Source: an uncultured Acidobacteriota bacterium
GTDB taxonomy: Bacteria > Acidobacteriota > Thermoanaerobaculia > Gp7-AA8
Length of the DNA: 64,000 bases
NCBI GenBank assembly: GCA_963741955.1
Contig: CAVUKB010000004.1
Location: 480,001 to 544,000 of the forward strand
Reading direction: 5' to 3'
Shown here: one piece after another, positions 50,767 through 59,196 of the stretch
Numbering within the stretch: the stretch's first letter is position 1
How the letters are laid out: the number at the start of each line of letters is the position of its first letter
Translations under genes and position numbers: made by a program
The notes under the pieces: model-generated
Seen by the model: only the letters and a program-made list of their open reading frames with translations
What the model was told of the DNA's origin: nothing
The model's database searches: none

Positions 50767-52218
50767 TCACTCCAGCCCGAGCTTTTTCCAGATCGCGTCC
50801 ACCCGGGCCCCCACGTCCGCCGACATCTCGATCTCCTCCGGCCAGACGCGGTCGAATCCCTCACCGGGGAGCTTCTTCGTTCCGTCGATCCCGACATGGG
50901 AGCCGTACCCGAACGCGCGTGACGAATGATCGAGGACGTCGATCGGCCCCATCACCATCTCCATGTCCCTCTGGGGATCGATGTTGTTCAGCGCGTACCA
51001 CGCGACGGTTCGGAGATCGTGCGGGTCGACGGGCCCGTCCACCACCAGGATCACTTTGGTGAACATCGCCTGGCCGAGCCCCCAGATCCCGTGCATGATC
51101 TTCCTCGCATGGCCGGGATAGCGCTTCTTCATCGACACGATCATCAGGTTGTGGAAGACCCCCTCGGCGGGCATGTGGATGTCGACGATCTCCGGGAACT
51201 GCTTCTTCATGATCGGAAGGAACATCCGCTCGATCGCGAAGCCCATGTGCGCGTCTTCCTGCGGGGGCTTTCCGACGATGGTGGTCATGTAGATCGGCTT
51301 CTTCCGGTGCGTGATCGCTTCGACATGGAACACCGCGTACGGTTCGACCGGAGTGTAGAAACCGGTGTGATCTCCGAATGGTCCCTCGTCGCGCCGTTCG
51401 GCCGGATCGACCCATCCTTCCAGAACGATCTCTGCGCTGGCGGGAACTTCGAGATCGTTGGTGACACACCTGACCAGCTTCACGGGGTCACGTCTTGCGA
51501 AACCGGCGAACATCATCTCGTCGATGTCGGGAGGAAGTGGGCAGACGGCGGAGAATACGGTGACCGGCTCGGCCCCGATGGCGACGCTCACCGGGATGCG
51601 CTCCCGTTTGAGCGACTCGGCTTCCTGATGCTGCCGCGCGGCATCCTTGTGGAGCTGCCAGTGCATGCCGGTCGTATTGCGGTCGTAGACCTGCATCCGG
51701 TACATCCCGCAGTTCCGCTTTCCGCTCACCGGATCCTTCGTGAATACAAGCGGCATGGTGATGAACGGGCCGCCATCCTGCGGCCAGCAGGTGAGGACGG
51801 GGAGGATCGACAGATCGACCTCGTCGCCCTTGATCACCACGTCCTGGCACGAGCCGGAGCCGACGACCTTGGGGATTGCGCTGGTCAGCTCCGTGACCAT
51901 CGGAAGCATCTTCAGTTTGTCGACGATGCCGGTGGGGACGCGCGGCTCCAGGAAGAGGTCGAGTCGTTCGGTCCACTCTTCCCACGAGTCGATTCCGAGA
52001 GCGAGGAACATCCGTCGCTGGCTCCCGAGGAGGTTGATGGCGACCGGCATCGACGAGCCTTCGACATTCTCGAAGAGGAGGGCGGGACCGTGCCGCTTCG
52101 AGACGCGATCGGTGATCTCGGAGATCTCGAGATCCGGCGAGACCCGCTCCCGGATCCGCACCAGCTCTCCCGCTTTTTCGAGGACGTCGAGGAATTCACG
52201 GAGATCGGCGTAACTCAT
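50767..52218 (-). CDS. UbiD-family decarboxylase (menaquinone-biosynthesis type)
   Basis: DLREFL, WPQDGGPFIT, RNCGMYRMQ, EGPFGDHTGFY, GKPPQED, GIDGTKK. Confidence 0.9.
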   Translation of the reverse strand: MSYADLREFLDVLEKAGELVRIRERVSPDLEISEITDRVSKRHGPALLFENVEGSSMPVAINLLGSQRRMFLALGIDSWEEWTERLDLFLEPRVPTGIVDKLKMLPMVTELTSAIPKVVGSGSCQDVVIKGDEVDLSILPVLTCWPQDGGPFITMPLVFTKDPVSGKRNCGMYRMQVYDRNTTGMHWQLHKDAARQHQEAESLKRERIPVSVAIGAEPVTVFSAVCPLPPDIDEMMFAGFARRDPVKLVRCVTNDLEVPASAEIVLEGWVDPAERRDEGPFGDHTGFYTPVEPYAVFHVEAITHRKKPIYMTTIVGKPPQEDAHMGFAIERMFLPIMKKQFPEIVDIHMPAEGVFHNLMIVSMKKRYPGHARKIMHGIWGLGQAMFTKVILVVDGPVDPHDLRTVAWYALNNIDPQRDMEMVMGPIDVLDHSSRAFGYGSHVGIDGTKKLPGEGFDRVWPEEIEMSADVGARVDAIWKKLGLE

Positions 52219-52284
52219 GGGCGAAGCATAATTCATTTTGTGTGGCCGGGCGGGATCCGGCCTCGGGACGAATATCGCCATGAT

Positions 52285-52527
52285 GGGGTGCGGATCCTCC
52301 GATCCGCCGCGCAGATCGCGTTCGGAGCGGAACGAGAGAAGGCCTGCGGCAGAAGCGAAGCCGAATGGGGTGCGGATCCTCCGATCCGCCGCGCAGATCG
52401 CGTTCGGAGCGGAACGAGAGAAGGTCTGCGGCAGAAGCGAAGCCGAAAGGGGTGCGGATCGTCCGAACCGCCGCGCAGATCGCGTTCGGAGCGGAACGAG
52501 AGAAGGCCTGTGGCAGAAGCGAAGCCG
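52285..52527. repeat. Three tandem 82-bp repeats, each with a GCGGATC-ctcc-GATCCGC hairpin
   Basis: Units start at 52285, 52367 and 52449; near-identical throughout. Confidence 0.92.
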
Positions 52528-52609
52528 CAATGAACCTCCGCGCTCACGCAAATCGAGCGCAGCAAGTCACGTGGAGAGTCAACCCCTCCAGACATACAAT
52601 AGAACTTCG

Positions 52610-53272
52610 ATGACCGGCTATCCCGACGGGGAGTTCCTTCTCCCGCTGTTTCCGTTGCCGAATGTGGTCTTCTTTCCGCGGACCAGACTCCCGCTGCACG
52701 TCTTCGAGCCGCGGTACCGGAAGATGGTCGGTGACGCGCTCGAGGGAGACCGGCGCATCGGGATCGTTCTCCTCAGACCGGGATGGGAACAGGAGTACTT
52801 CGGGGTCCCTCCGGTGCACACGCACGGCACGATGGGGGAGATCGAGCAGGCGGTGCCGCTCGATGACGGCCGCTATCAGATCGTCCTGGACGGAGTGGTC
52901 CGGTTCCGGATCGTCGAGCCGATGACCAGCGATCCGTATCGCGTTGCGCGGGTAGTAGCCGATCCGGAGCGGATGCCCCCGCCATCGGAGGCGTGGGCAC
53001 TCCGTGAATGGCTCGCGGATCTCTCACGCAGCTATCTCGATCTCCTTCCGGGGGAAGACGACGTTCCGGAGATCGGCTCGGCGGCGCTCGACGCGCTCAC
53101 CACCGCGCTGATCATGTCGCTCAATCTCGCTCCCGAGATCCGTCAGGACCTTCTGTCTCTCGACGACGTGACGATCCGCTCGGAACGGATCGGCAAGCTG
53201 CTCCAGGAGAAGATCGAGTCGATGAAGTTCCTCTCCACCTTCAAACGTCCCGCGGATCCGAGCAGTAACTGA
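52610..53272 (+). CDS. LON peptidase substrate-binding domain protein
   Basis: LPLFPLPNVVFFP...LPLHVFEPRYRKM, DGRY.I...G..RFRI. Confidence 0.88.
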   Translation: MTGYPDGEFLLPLFPLPNVVFFPRTRLPLHVFEPRYRKMVGDALEGDRRIGIVLLRPGWEQEYFGVPPVHTHGTMGEIEQAVPLDDGRYQIVLDGVVRFRIVEPMTSDPYRVARVVADPERMPPPSEAWALREWLADLSRSYLDLLPGEDDVPEIGSAALDALTTALIMSLNLAPEIRQDLLSLDDVTIRSERIGKLLQEKIESMKFLSTFKRPADPSSN

Positions 53273-53332
53273 AGCGAATCACGCCACTGCCGACACCGTA
53301 GCTCCCCGCCGCGCTCAGACGTTCACAGGATC

Positions 53333-53358
53333 GGGGCGGCACGGCTTCTGCCGTGCCG
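53333..53358. repeat. REP-like hairpin
   Basis: GGGG-cggcacggc-ttct-gccgtgccg; related to copies at 26093, 62873 and 62984. Confidence 0.65.
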
Positions 53359-53407
53359 GCCGCGGCACAAGCCGCGGCGATCAGAGGTTCCGCGCCGCAC
53401 GGGCTAG

Positions 53408-53584
53408 CCCGCATTTCTCACACCGCCTCGACGCGAGGAGGCGGAGAGGGGCTTGGATACAAGGCGCGCGCAGCTTCGGCGACGAAGGCATAGTGGTGAC
53501 TATGTTGAGGAGCCGAAGCTGTGCGCAACGTAGTAGACAGGCCGCTATCCGTCTCCGCAGCAGAGACGATGTGAGAAATGCGGG
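53408..53584. mobile_element. MITE-like family B, full copy (177 bp)
   Basis: Same length and termini as 36616-36792; flanked by CTAG and CTAT. Confidence 0.88.
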
Positions 53585-53649
53585 CTATTGGCTCGGAGAT
53601 CTCTCGGCAGTGGAGATGACCCTCCGTGGCGCTTCCCTGCGATACGTAA

Positions 53650-54831
53650 TTACCTCTCCCCGAACCACCCGTCCGCGAGGCGCTCGACGTCGTCGAGTCG
53701 GGCTCGCGTCCGGTGGAGAAACGTCTCGCCGATCCGGGTCGAACCGAGCGTCTTCAATGCGGCGTTCAGAAGCGACGGCCGCGACAGGAGGAACGCGGCG
53801 CGGCGACTCCACCGGAGCCGGGAGGCGAAGAAGCCGCGGAATTCGTGAACATGGCTCCGCTCGATCTCGCCGCGACTTGCGGTTCCGTCGAGGATCGACG
53901 CGGTGTTGCGAGCTGCGATGACGGCGGACTGGATGGCCATGGTCATCCCGTTCCCGGTGAGAGGGTCGATCATTCCCGCCGCGTCGCCGACCAGCAGAAT
54001 CCCGGCGACTACCGGAGCTTTGGGGCGGAAGATGACCGGATCGGACGAGAGGAACTGATCCTGCTCCGGAGTGTGCGACGCGAAGAGCTCCCGAAGCGGT
54101 TCGCTCTCCTCGCTCAGCCCGGAGATGAACGTGTTCCATCCTCCGCGGAGGCCGCGGATTCTCGACGCGTGCACGATCCCGCAGATGTTCGTCGCGCCGC
54201 TCTCCACGCCCGACGCGCCGAGGTATCCGTTGCGGTACGGATAAAGAAGGATGGTGTCACCTGCACCATGTTCCGATCTGAAGTGGCGTTTGAACCCGAA
54301 GTGCCGGTTCCTCCGGTCCGTCACGAACTCGCGTGCGAACTGCCGGTCGAATCGCGCCCATCGTCCCCAGGCGCCGATGACCGTTCGTGCTTCGACCCGA
54401 AGCTTCTCCCGATCCCGGTTCACGATGACGATGCGGTACGGGTCACCCGGTTCGATCGTCTCGGCAGCCCATCCGGTGAGGTCCTGCGCTCCCTCTTTCA
54501 GCGCGTCGGCAGTCAGCATCGCGTCGAGTGCCATCCGCGAGATTCCTCGCGCCGGATGCGGAAGCTCGATCTCGTAACCGGTCTCCGTTCCGACGATGCG
54601 GCAACGCCGGATCTTCACCGCTCCGAGCGCATCGATCGAGCCGGTCAGCCCCATCCGGTCGAGGATCGGAAGAGAGTCGTACGACAGAAACTCGCCGCAC
54701 AGCTTGTCGCGCGGAAAGCGCTCGCGGTCGATCAGCACCACATCTCTGCCACGGCGTGCGAGGAGTGAGGCCGCGGTCGATCCTCCCGGTCCGGCGCCGA
54801 TTACCGCGACGTCCGCTCTCACCGTCTTCAT
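53650..54831 (-). CDS. FAD-dependent oxidoreductase (geranylgeranyl reductase/monooxygenase-like)
   Basis: DVAVIGAGPGG, FPRDKLCGEFLS, VGDAAGMIDPLTGNGM. Confidence 0.88.
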   Translation of the reverse strand: MKTVRADVAVIGAGPGGSTAASLLARRGRDVVLIDRERFPRDKLCGEFLSYDSLPILDRMGLTGSIDALGAVKIRRCRIVGTETGYEIELPHPARGISRMALDAMLTADALKEGAQDLTGWAAETIEPGDPYRIVIVNRDREKLRVEARTVIGAWGRWARFDRQFAREFVTDRRNRHFGFKRHFRSEHGAGDTILLYPYRNGYLGASGVESGATNICGIVHASRIRGLRGGWNTFISGLSEESEPLRELFASHTPEQDQFLSSDPVIFRPKAPVVAGILLVGDAAGMIDPLTGNGMTMAIQSAVIAARNTASILDGTASRGEIERSHVHEFRGFFASRLRWSRRAAFLLSRPSLLNAALKTLGSTRIGETFLHRTRARLDDVERLADGWFGER

Positions 54832-55511
54832 CGCGACTTCCACAGCAGAAGCCCGAATCGGAAGGGAAACGACCGGCGCATCTCGAATTCCGCCGCGGCG
54901 CTCCGCGCGGCGACTGCGGCCGCTTCGCTCGCGGTGTATCCCTGAAGAACCGAGGCGGGGGCGTCGAAGCGCGTCACTCGTCCGACCAGCTTCAGCCACC
55001 CGAGCGCCTTCACGAAAAGCCACGGAAAGAGATGACGCCTCGTGTCGGTGAACATCGCACCGATCCGCGCGACCCGCAGCGCTTCACCGATGATCCTCAC
55101 GTTCTCTTCCGCCCGAAAATGATGGAAGAAGTGCGACGACGTGACGAGATCGACCGATCCGTCGCGGAAGGGGAGCTCCAGAGCGTCGCCGGCGACTCGT
55201 CCGACGTCGTCGCGCCGAAGCTGACGGCCGTACGCGAGATGTCCGAGGTGCCAGTCGAGGGCGATCTTCCGGATGCCGGGCCCGAGGGATGAGACGAGAT
55301 CGGACGTGCCGCTTCCGATGTCGAGGACGGTCAATGGGGGAGTGGCATCCCTGGTCAGAGCGCGGAAGAACTTCGCATACGCGCGACGCCCTCCTGCCAG
55401 CGAGTTGAAGCGCCGGAGATCGCGGAGACTTCGAAGGCGGTCGTCGATCCCCACCGACGGGTCGTCGAGGAGCTCCTCGACTTCGACTCGGCGCGGTACG
55501 AGAAGGCTCAC
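54828..55511 (-). CDS. SAM-dependent methyltransferase
   Basis: EELLDD, LRDLRRFN..AGG, VLDIGSGTSD, SHFFHHF, DAPASV. Confidence 0.82.
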   Translation of the reverse strand: MSLLVPRRVEVEELLDDPSVGIDDRLRSLRDLRRFNSLAGGRRAYAKFFRALTRDATPPLTVLDIGSGTSDLVSSLGPGIRKIALDWHLGHLAYGRQLRRDDVGRVAGDALELPFRDGSVDLVTSSHFFHHFRAEENVRIIGEALRVARIGAMFTDTRRHLFPWLFVKALGWLKLVGRVTRFDAPASVLQGYTASEAAAVAARSAAAEFEMRRSFPFRFGLLLWKSR

Positions 55512-55539
55512 GATCTCACTCGGCCGGATTTTTCGTCAC

Positions 55540-56790
55540 TCAGCATCTGCGCAGAACCAGTGCCGAGTTCTTGGAGCCGAACGCGATCGTATTGCAGAGG
55601 GCGACGTCGACCCGTGCCCGCCGGTCCAGATCCGGAACGTAGTCGAGATCGCATTCGGGGTCAGGTCTTTCGAGGTTGATGGTCGGGGGGAGGACTCCGT
55701 CCCGGAAAGCCATCAGGGTCGCGGCGAGCCCGGCCGAGCCGCAGGCGCCCTGCGGATGACCGATCATCGACTTGGTGGCCGATCCCGGCAGTCGCGTCGC
55801 GTCCTTTCCGAACGCGAGCTTCACCGAGCGCGTCTCGATCCGGTCGTTCAGATCGGTGGACGTGCCGTGGTAATTGAGGTAATTCACTTCGCTCGGATCG
55901 ACCTCGGCCTGTTGCATCGCGAGCTGCATCGCCCGCGCCGGCTCTTCACCCGACTCGTCGAGCCGCACGCGGTGGTGTGCGTCGCAGGTCGAGCCGTACC
56001 CCGCGATCTCTGCATAGATTCGCGCGCCGCGTGCGCGTGCGCTCGCCTCCCGCTCCAGGACGAACATCCAGGAACCTTCTCCGAGCACGAAGCCGTCGCG
56101 GTCGACGGAGAAAGGACGGGATGCCGCCTCCGGAACGTCGTTGTAACCGGTGGAGACGATCCGCATGATGCAGAAACCGGTCAGCACTCCTTCAGTGATC
56201 GTCGCGTCTGCGCCACCTGCGACGACGTAATCGGCAGTTCCCATCCGGAGGTTCATCATGGCGTAGCCGAGCGCATCGGTCGAAGAGGTGCAGCCGGTGG
56301 AGATCAGGTGCGAGAAGCCGTGGAGGCCCCAGGCCATCGAGATCTCCGACGCTATGGTGCCGATCGTTCCGGAGGGGATGGAGTAGACGGATGCCTGCTT
56401 TTCCTTCCCCGCGTACCAGAGCTCGTACATCCGCTCGTTGAATTCGACCGCGCCCCCGCCGGAGCCGAGAAAGACGCCGAACCGGCGACGGGTCTCCAGA
56501 TCCATCCCGGAGGGATCGAGCTTCGCGTCGTGAAGTGCTTCCGCGGTGGCGGCAATGGCGAGAGGGACGGCGCGCGAGACGTGCTTGAGCTGCTTGGGGT
56601 CGACCCACGCGCCAGGGTCGAAATCTTCGATCGAGCCGGCGACGCGGCAGCTGAGCTGCGACGCGTCGAACCGTGTGATCGGCTTGATGCCGGATTCACC
56701 GCGGGTGAGCGCGGCAAAGTACTTCTCGCGTCCCACACCATTGGGACTGACGGCGCCGACTCCGGTGATGACGATTTTTTCCCCGGTCAT
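55540..56790 (-). CDS. fabF: Beta-ketoacyl-ACP synthase II-like ketosynthase
   Basis: VITGVGAVSPNG, STGCTSS (Cys), RPFSVDRDGFVLGEG, HGTST, KSMIGH. Confidence 0.85.
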   Translation of the reverse strand: MTGEKIVITGVGAVSPNGVGREKYFAALTRGESGIKPITRFDASQLSCRVAGSIEDFDPGAWVDPKQLKHVSRAVPLAIAATAEALHDAKLDPSGMDLETRRRFGVFLGSGGGAVEFNERMYELWYAGKEKQASVYSIPSGTIGTIASEISMAWGLHGFSHLISTGCTSSTDALGYAMMNLRMGTADYVVAGGADATITEGVLTGFCIMRIVSTGYNDVPEAASRPFSVDRDGFVLGEGSWMFVLEREASARARGARIYAEIAGYGSTCDAHHRVRLDESGEEPARAMQLAMQQAEVDPSEVNYLNYHGTSTDLNDRIETRSVKLAFGKDATRLPGSATKSMIGHPQGACGSAGLAATLMAFRDGVLPPTINLERPDPECDLDYVPDLDRRARVDVALCNTIAFGSKNSALVLRRC

Positions 56791-56912
56791 GAGTGTCAGG
56801 AACTGCAGAAGGCGGTGAGACGATTCCCCTTCGCTACGCTCGCCGCCTTCTCATCAGATGCAGAATCGAGTCCGCACGTGACGGGATCGATCTCGGAGAG
56901 ACGGTCGTCCGG

Positions 56913-59009
56913 TCAGAAGCTTCGTCGAACCCACACCATCACCTTTCTCGCTGGAAGACGATAGTACTGCGCGTCGCCGAGCTCACTCTCAGCCACCGGC
57001 GGGCGGACGTCGCCGAGGTTATCGCCTTCCACGCGAAGCTCGAGATTCGACCAGCGGTATCCGATGCCGGCGGCTAGGGTGAGATAAGACGGAGCCGTCG
57101 CGGTGTTGCGCTTATTGAGATACCTCGCGCCGGTGAAGGTCTCGGTCAGGTGTCCGAAGAATCCGTGTGCCGGCCAGTACGTCGCGCCGATCGAACCCAT
57201 GTGCAGCGGCGACATCTCCAGCCGGTTTCCCTCGAGCTGCGCCGGCACTCCATCGAACTCAGCGACGTAGTCGCGGAAACGCGCGTCGTGATAGCTGTAG
57301 GAGCCGTGGAACATCACGTCGTGTGCAAGGGCGATCTCCCCCTCGGCTTCCACGCCCTGGAAGCGCTCACCGCCGGCGTTGGCCAGTGAGGGAAGCCCGT
57401 TCACAGTCTGTGCGACGACCAGGTTGCGGAAGTCCATGGTAAAAATGCTGACCTGACCCCGCGCGCGGCCGCTGCGACCCTTCACTCCCCCCTCCCAACT
57501 CTTCGCGGTCTCCGGCTGGAGGATGTCGACCTCCGCCTCGGGACCGAAGTCGACCGCCGCCGGCTTGAACGTGTTGCGGTAGTCGGCGAAGAGCCAGAGA
57601 GCTCCCTTCCCTCGTGACCAGGCGAGCCAGTCGACGCCGGCGCTGCCGCTCAGGCGCGTCTTCGTCAGATTCTGGTGCTCTTCTTCTCCCTGCATGTCGG
57701 GATCACCCGATCCGATCTTGGCCTCGGTGGTGTGGTTCAGGCGAAGCCCGCCGAGGAATGTCCAGCGCGCCGCCGGGCTCCACTGGATCTGTCCGTACAG
57801 GCCGGAGAAGTGGCGTCGCACCCGGAGCTCGAGCGGAGTCTCCGAGTCGGTCTCCTCGACGTCGGGTGCGGGAGAGCCGCTGAGAGGGACGGTGTAGTCG
57901 AAGTCGTGACTGGTCGCGTTTCCACGACCGTACAGATCGTCGATGCCTGCGACGATCGTCGCGGTCGAACCGAGCTTCTTCGCGACGTGCGAGTCGAGAT
58001 ACATGTCCGTGATCCCGCGGCTTTGGGTGTAGCCGTGAGCGTTCGGAGTCAGATCGAAGTCTTCGACCAGGAATCCGCGGAGGATGTCGTTGGTGGTGCG
58101 GGTGAGCGAGAGCGTCGTCACCCATGGAGTGCCGCCGATCGCGCTGTCGTATCCGAGCCGGAGGTTGACGCGGTTCTCGTCGATGTGTGCGCCGTCGGGG
58201 TTGTGGTTCGCATCGAGCGGAATCTCGTCGGTCAGGCTGCTGCCGACACGGGGATGCGGACTGGCGGGATCCTGACGCAGGATCATCGCGTCGACGTCGG
58301 CGTGGAAACGTGCCGAGTCGCCGACGGGAGTCGATGCGCGGTAGAGAAGATGCAGCCGGTCCGCGCCGGCGCGGTCGTCGCGGAAGCGCATCCGGTCGCC
58401 ACTGAAGATCAGCGACTGCTGGAGTGAACCGCTCGAGGGAAGCCCGACGGTGCCGGCGACGGAGGCGCTGCCGAACGTGCCGCCGCCGACCCGGAAGGCG
58501 TCGGAAGTCGATTGCGCGTTCTCGTGGATCACCTGGATCACGCCGACGAACGACGTCGCGCCGTACATCACCGGCGCGGAGCCGCGGATCACCTCGATCC
58601 GGTCGACACCGGTGAGATCGATCGCCTCGACGGCGGGGTTGAACGCACCCCCCCACGGCACTCCGTCGACCACCAGGAGAAATGCATCGAACTCACGGAG
58701 TCCCCACATTTCCACGACTCCGGAAGCGGGTCCGGAATCGCCGCCGGGAGCGAGATTCACGCCCGCGACCCACCCGAGCGCGTCACCGAGCGTGTACGCG
58801 CCGCGGGCCCGGAGCTCGTCGCCGCGGAGGATGGTGATCGCCTGCGGGACGATCTCGACGTCCTCCGGAACGCGCGTGGCGGTGACCTCGACGTACGCCG
58901 TGGCGGGAGTCTGCTGTTGGGTGGTCGGGGCCGGTTCTTCGGCGAAGCCGGCCGAAGTGATCGAAACGACGAGGCCGATACAGATCGAAAGAACGCGGGG
59001 TGATCTCAT
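56913..59009 (-). CDS. TonB-dependent receptor
   Basis: Signal peptide; VEVTATR, LVVDGVP, DRIEVIRGSAPVMYG, GDNLGD, terminal Phe. Confidence 0.88.
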   Translation of the reverse strand: MRSPRVLSICIGLVVSITSAGFAEEPAPTTQQQTPATAYVEVTATRVPEDVEIVPQAITILRGDELRARGAYTLGDALGWVAGVNLAPGGDSGPASGVVEMWGLREFDAFLLVVDGVPWGGAFNPAVEAIDLTGVDRIEVIRGSAPVMYGATSFVGVIQVIHENAQSTSDAFRVGGGTFGSASVAGTVGLPSSGSLQQSLIFSGDRMRFRDDRAGADRLHLLYRASTPVGDSARFHADVDAMILRQDPASPHPRVGSSLTDEIPLDANHNPDGAHIDENRVNLRLGYDSAIGGTPWVTTLSLTRTTNDILRGFLVEDFDLTPNAHGYTQSRGITDMYLDSHVAKKLGSTATIVAGIDDLYGRGNATSHDFDYTVPLSGSPAPDVEETDSETPLELRVRRHFSGLYGQIQWSPAARWTFLGGLRLNHTTEAKIGSGDPDMQGEEEHQNLTKTRLSGSAGVDWLAWSRGKGALWLFADYRNTFKPAAVDFGPEAEVDILQPETAKSWEGGVKGRSGRARGQVSIFTMDFRNLVVAQTVNGLPSLANAGGERFQGVEAEGEIALAHDVMFHGSYSYHDARFRDYVAEFDGVPAQLEGNRLEMSPLHMGSIGATYWPAHGFFGHLTETFTGARYLNKRNTATAPSYLTLAAGIGYRWSNLELRVEGDNLGDVRPPVAESELGDAQYYRLPARKVMVWVRRSF

Positions 59010-59196
59010 GGCGGATGCGGTCTCTCCTTGCGCGATCTTCTCCGGCGCGGAAGGCCGGGCGAGCGGAGGGCGGTGACCGGCCTGAGCCGGGCCCTCCTTC
59101 CGGTGCGGAATCATACCATCCAGTCGAGTTTTCCTCCCGACCAGCCGGCCGCGTCACGGCCGGAGGGACCGATCCACTCGGGTAGAATGCTGAGCC

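Noticed and set aside
52285-52527. Possible CRISPR array
   Set aside because: The whole 82-bp units are near-identical, so there are no unique spacers. No cas genes are present.
52219-52609. Long N-terminal extensions of the UbiD-family and LON-domain ORFs
   Set aside because: They come from reading through the 82-bp tandem repeats; homology starts at 52218 and 52610.
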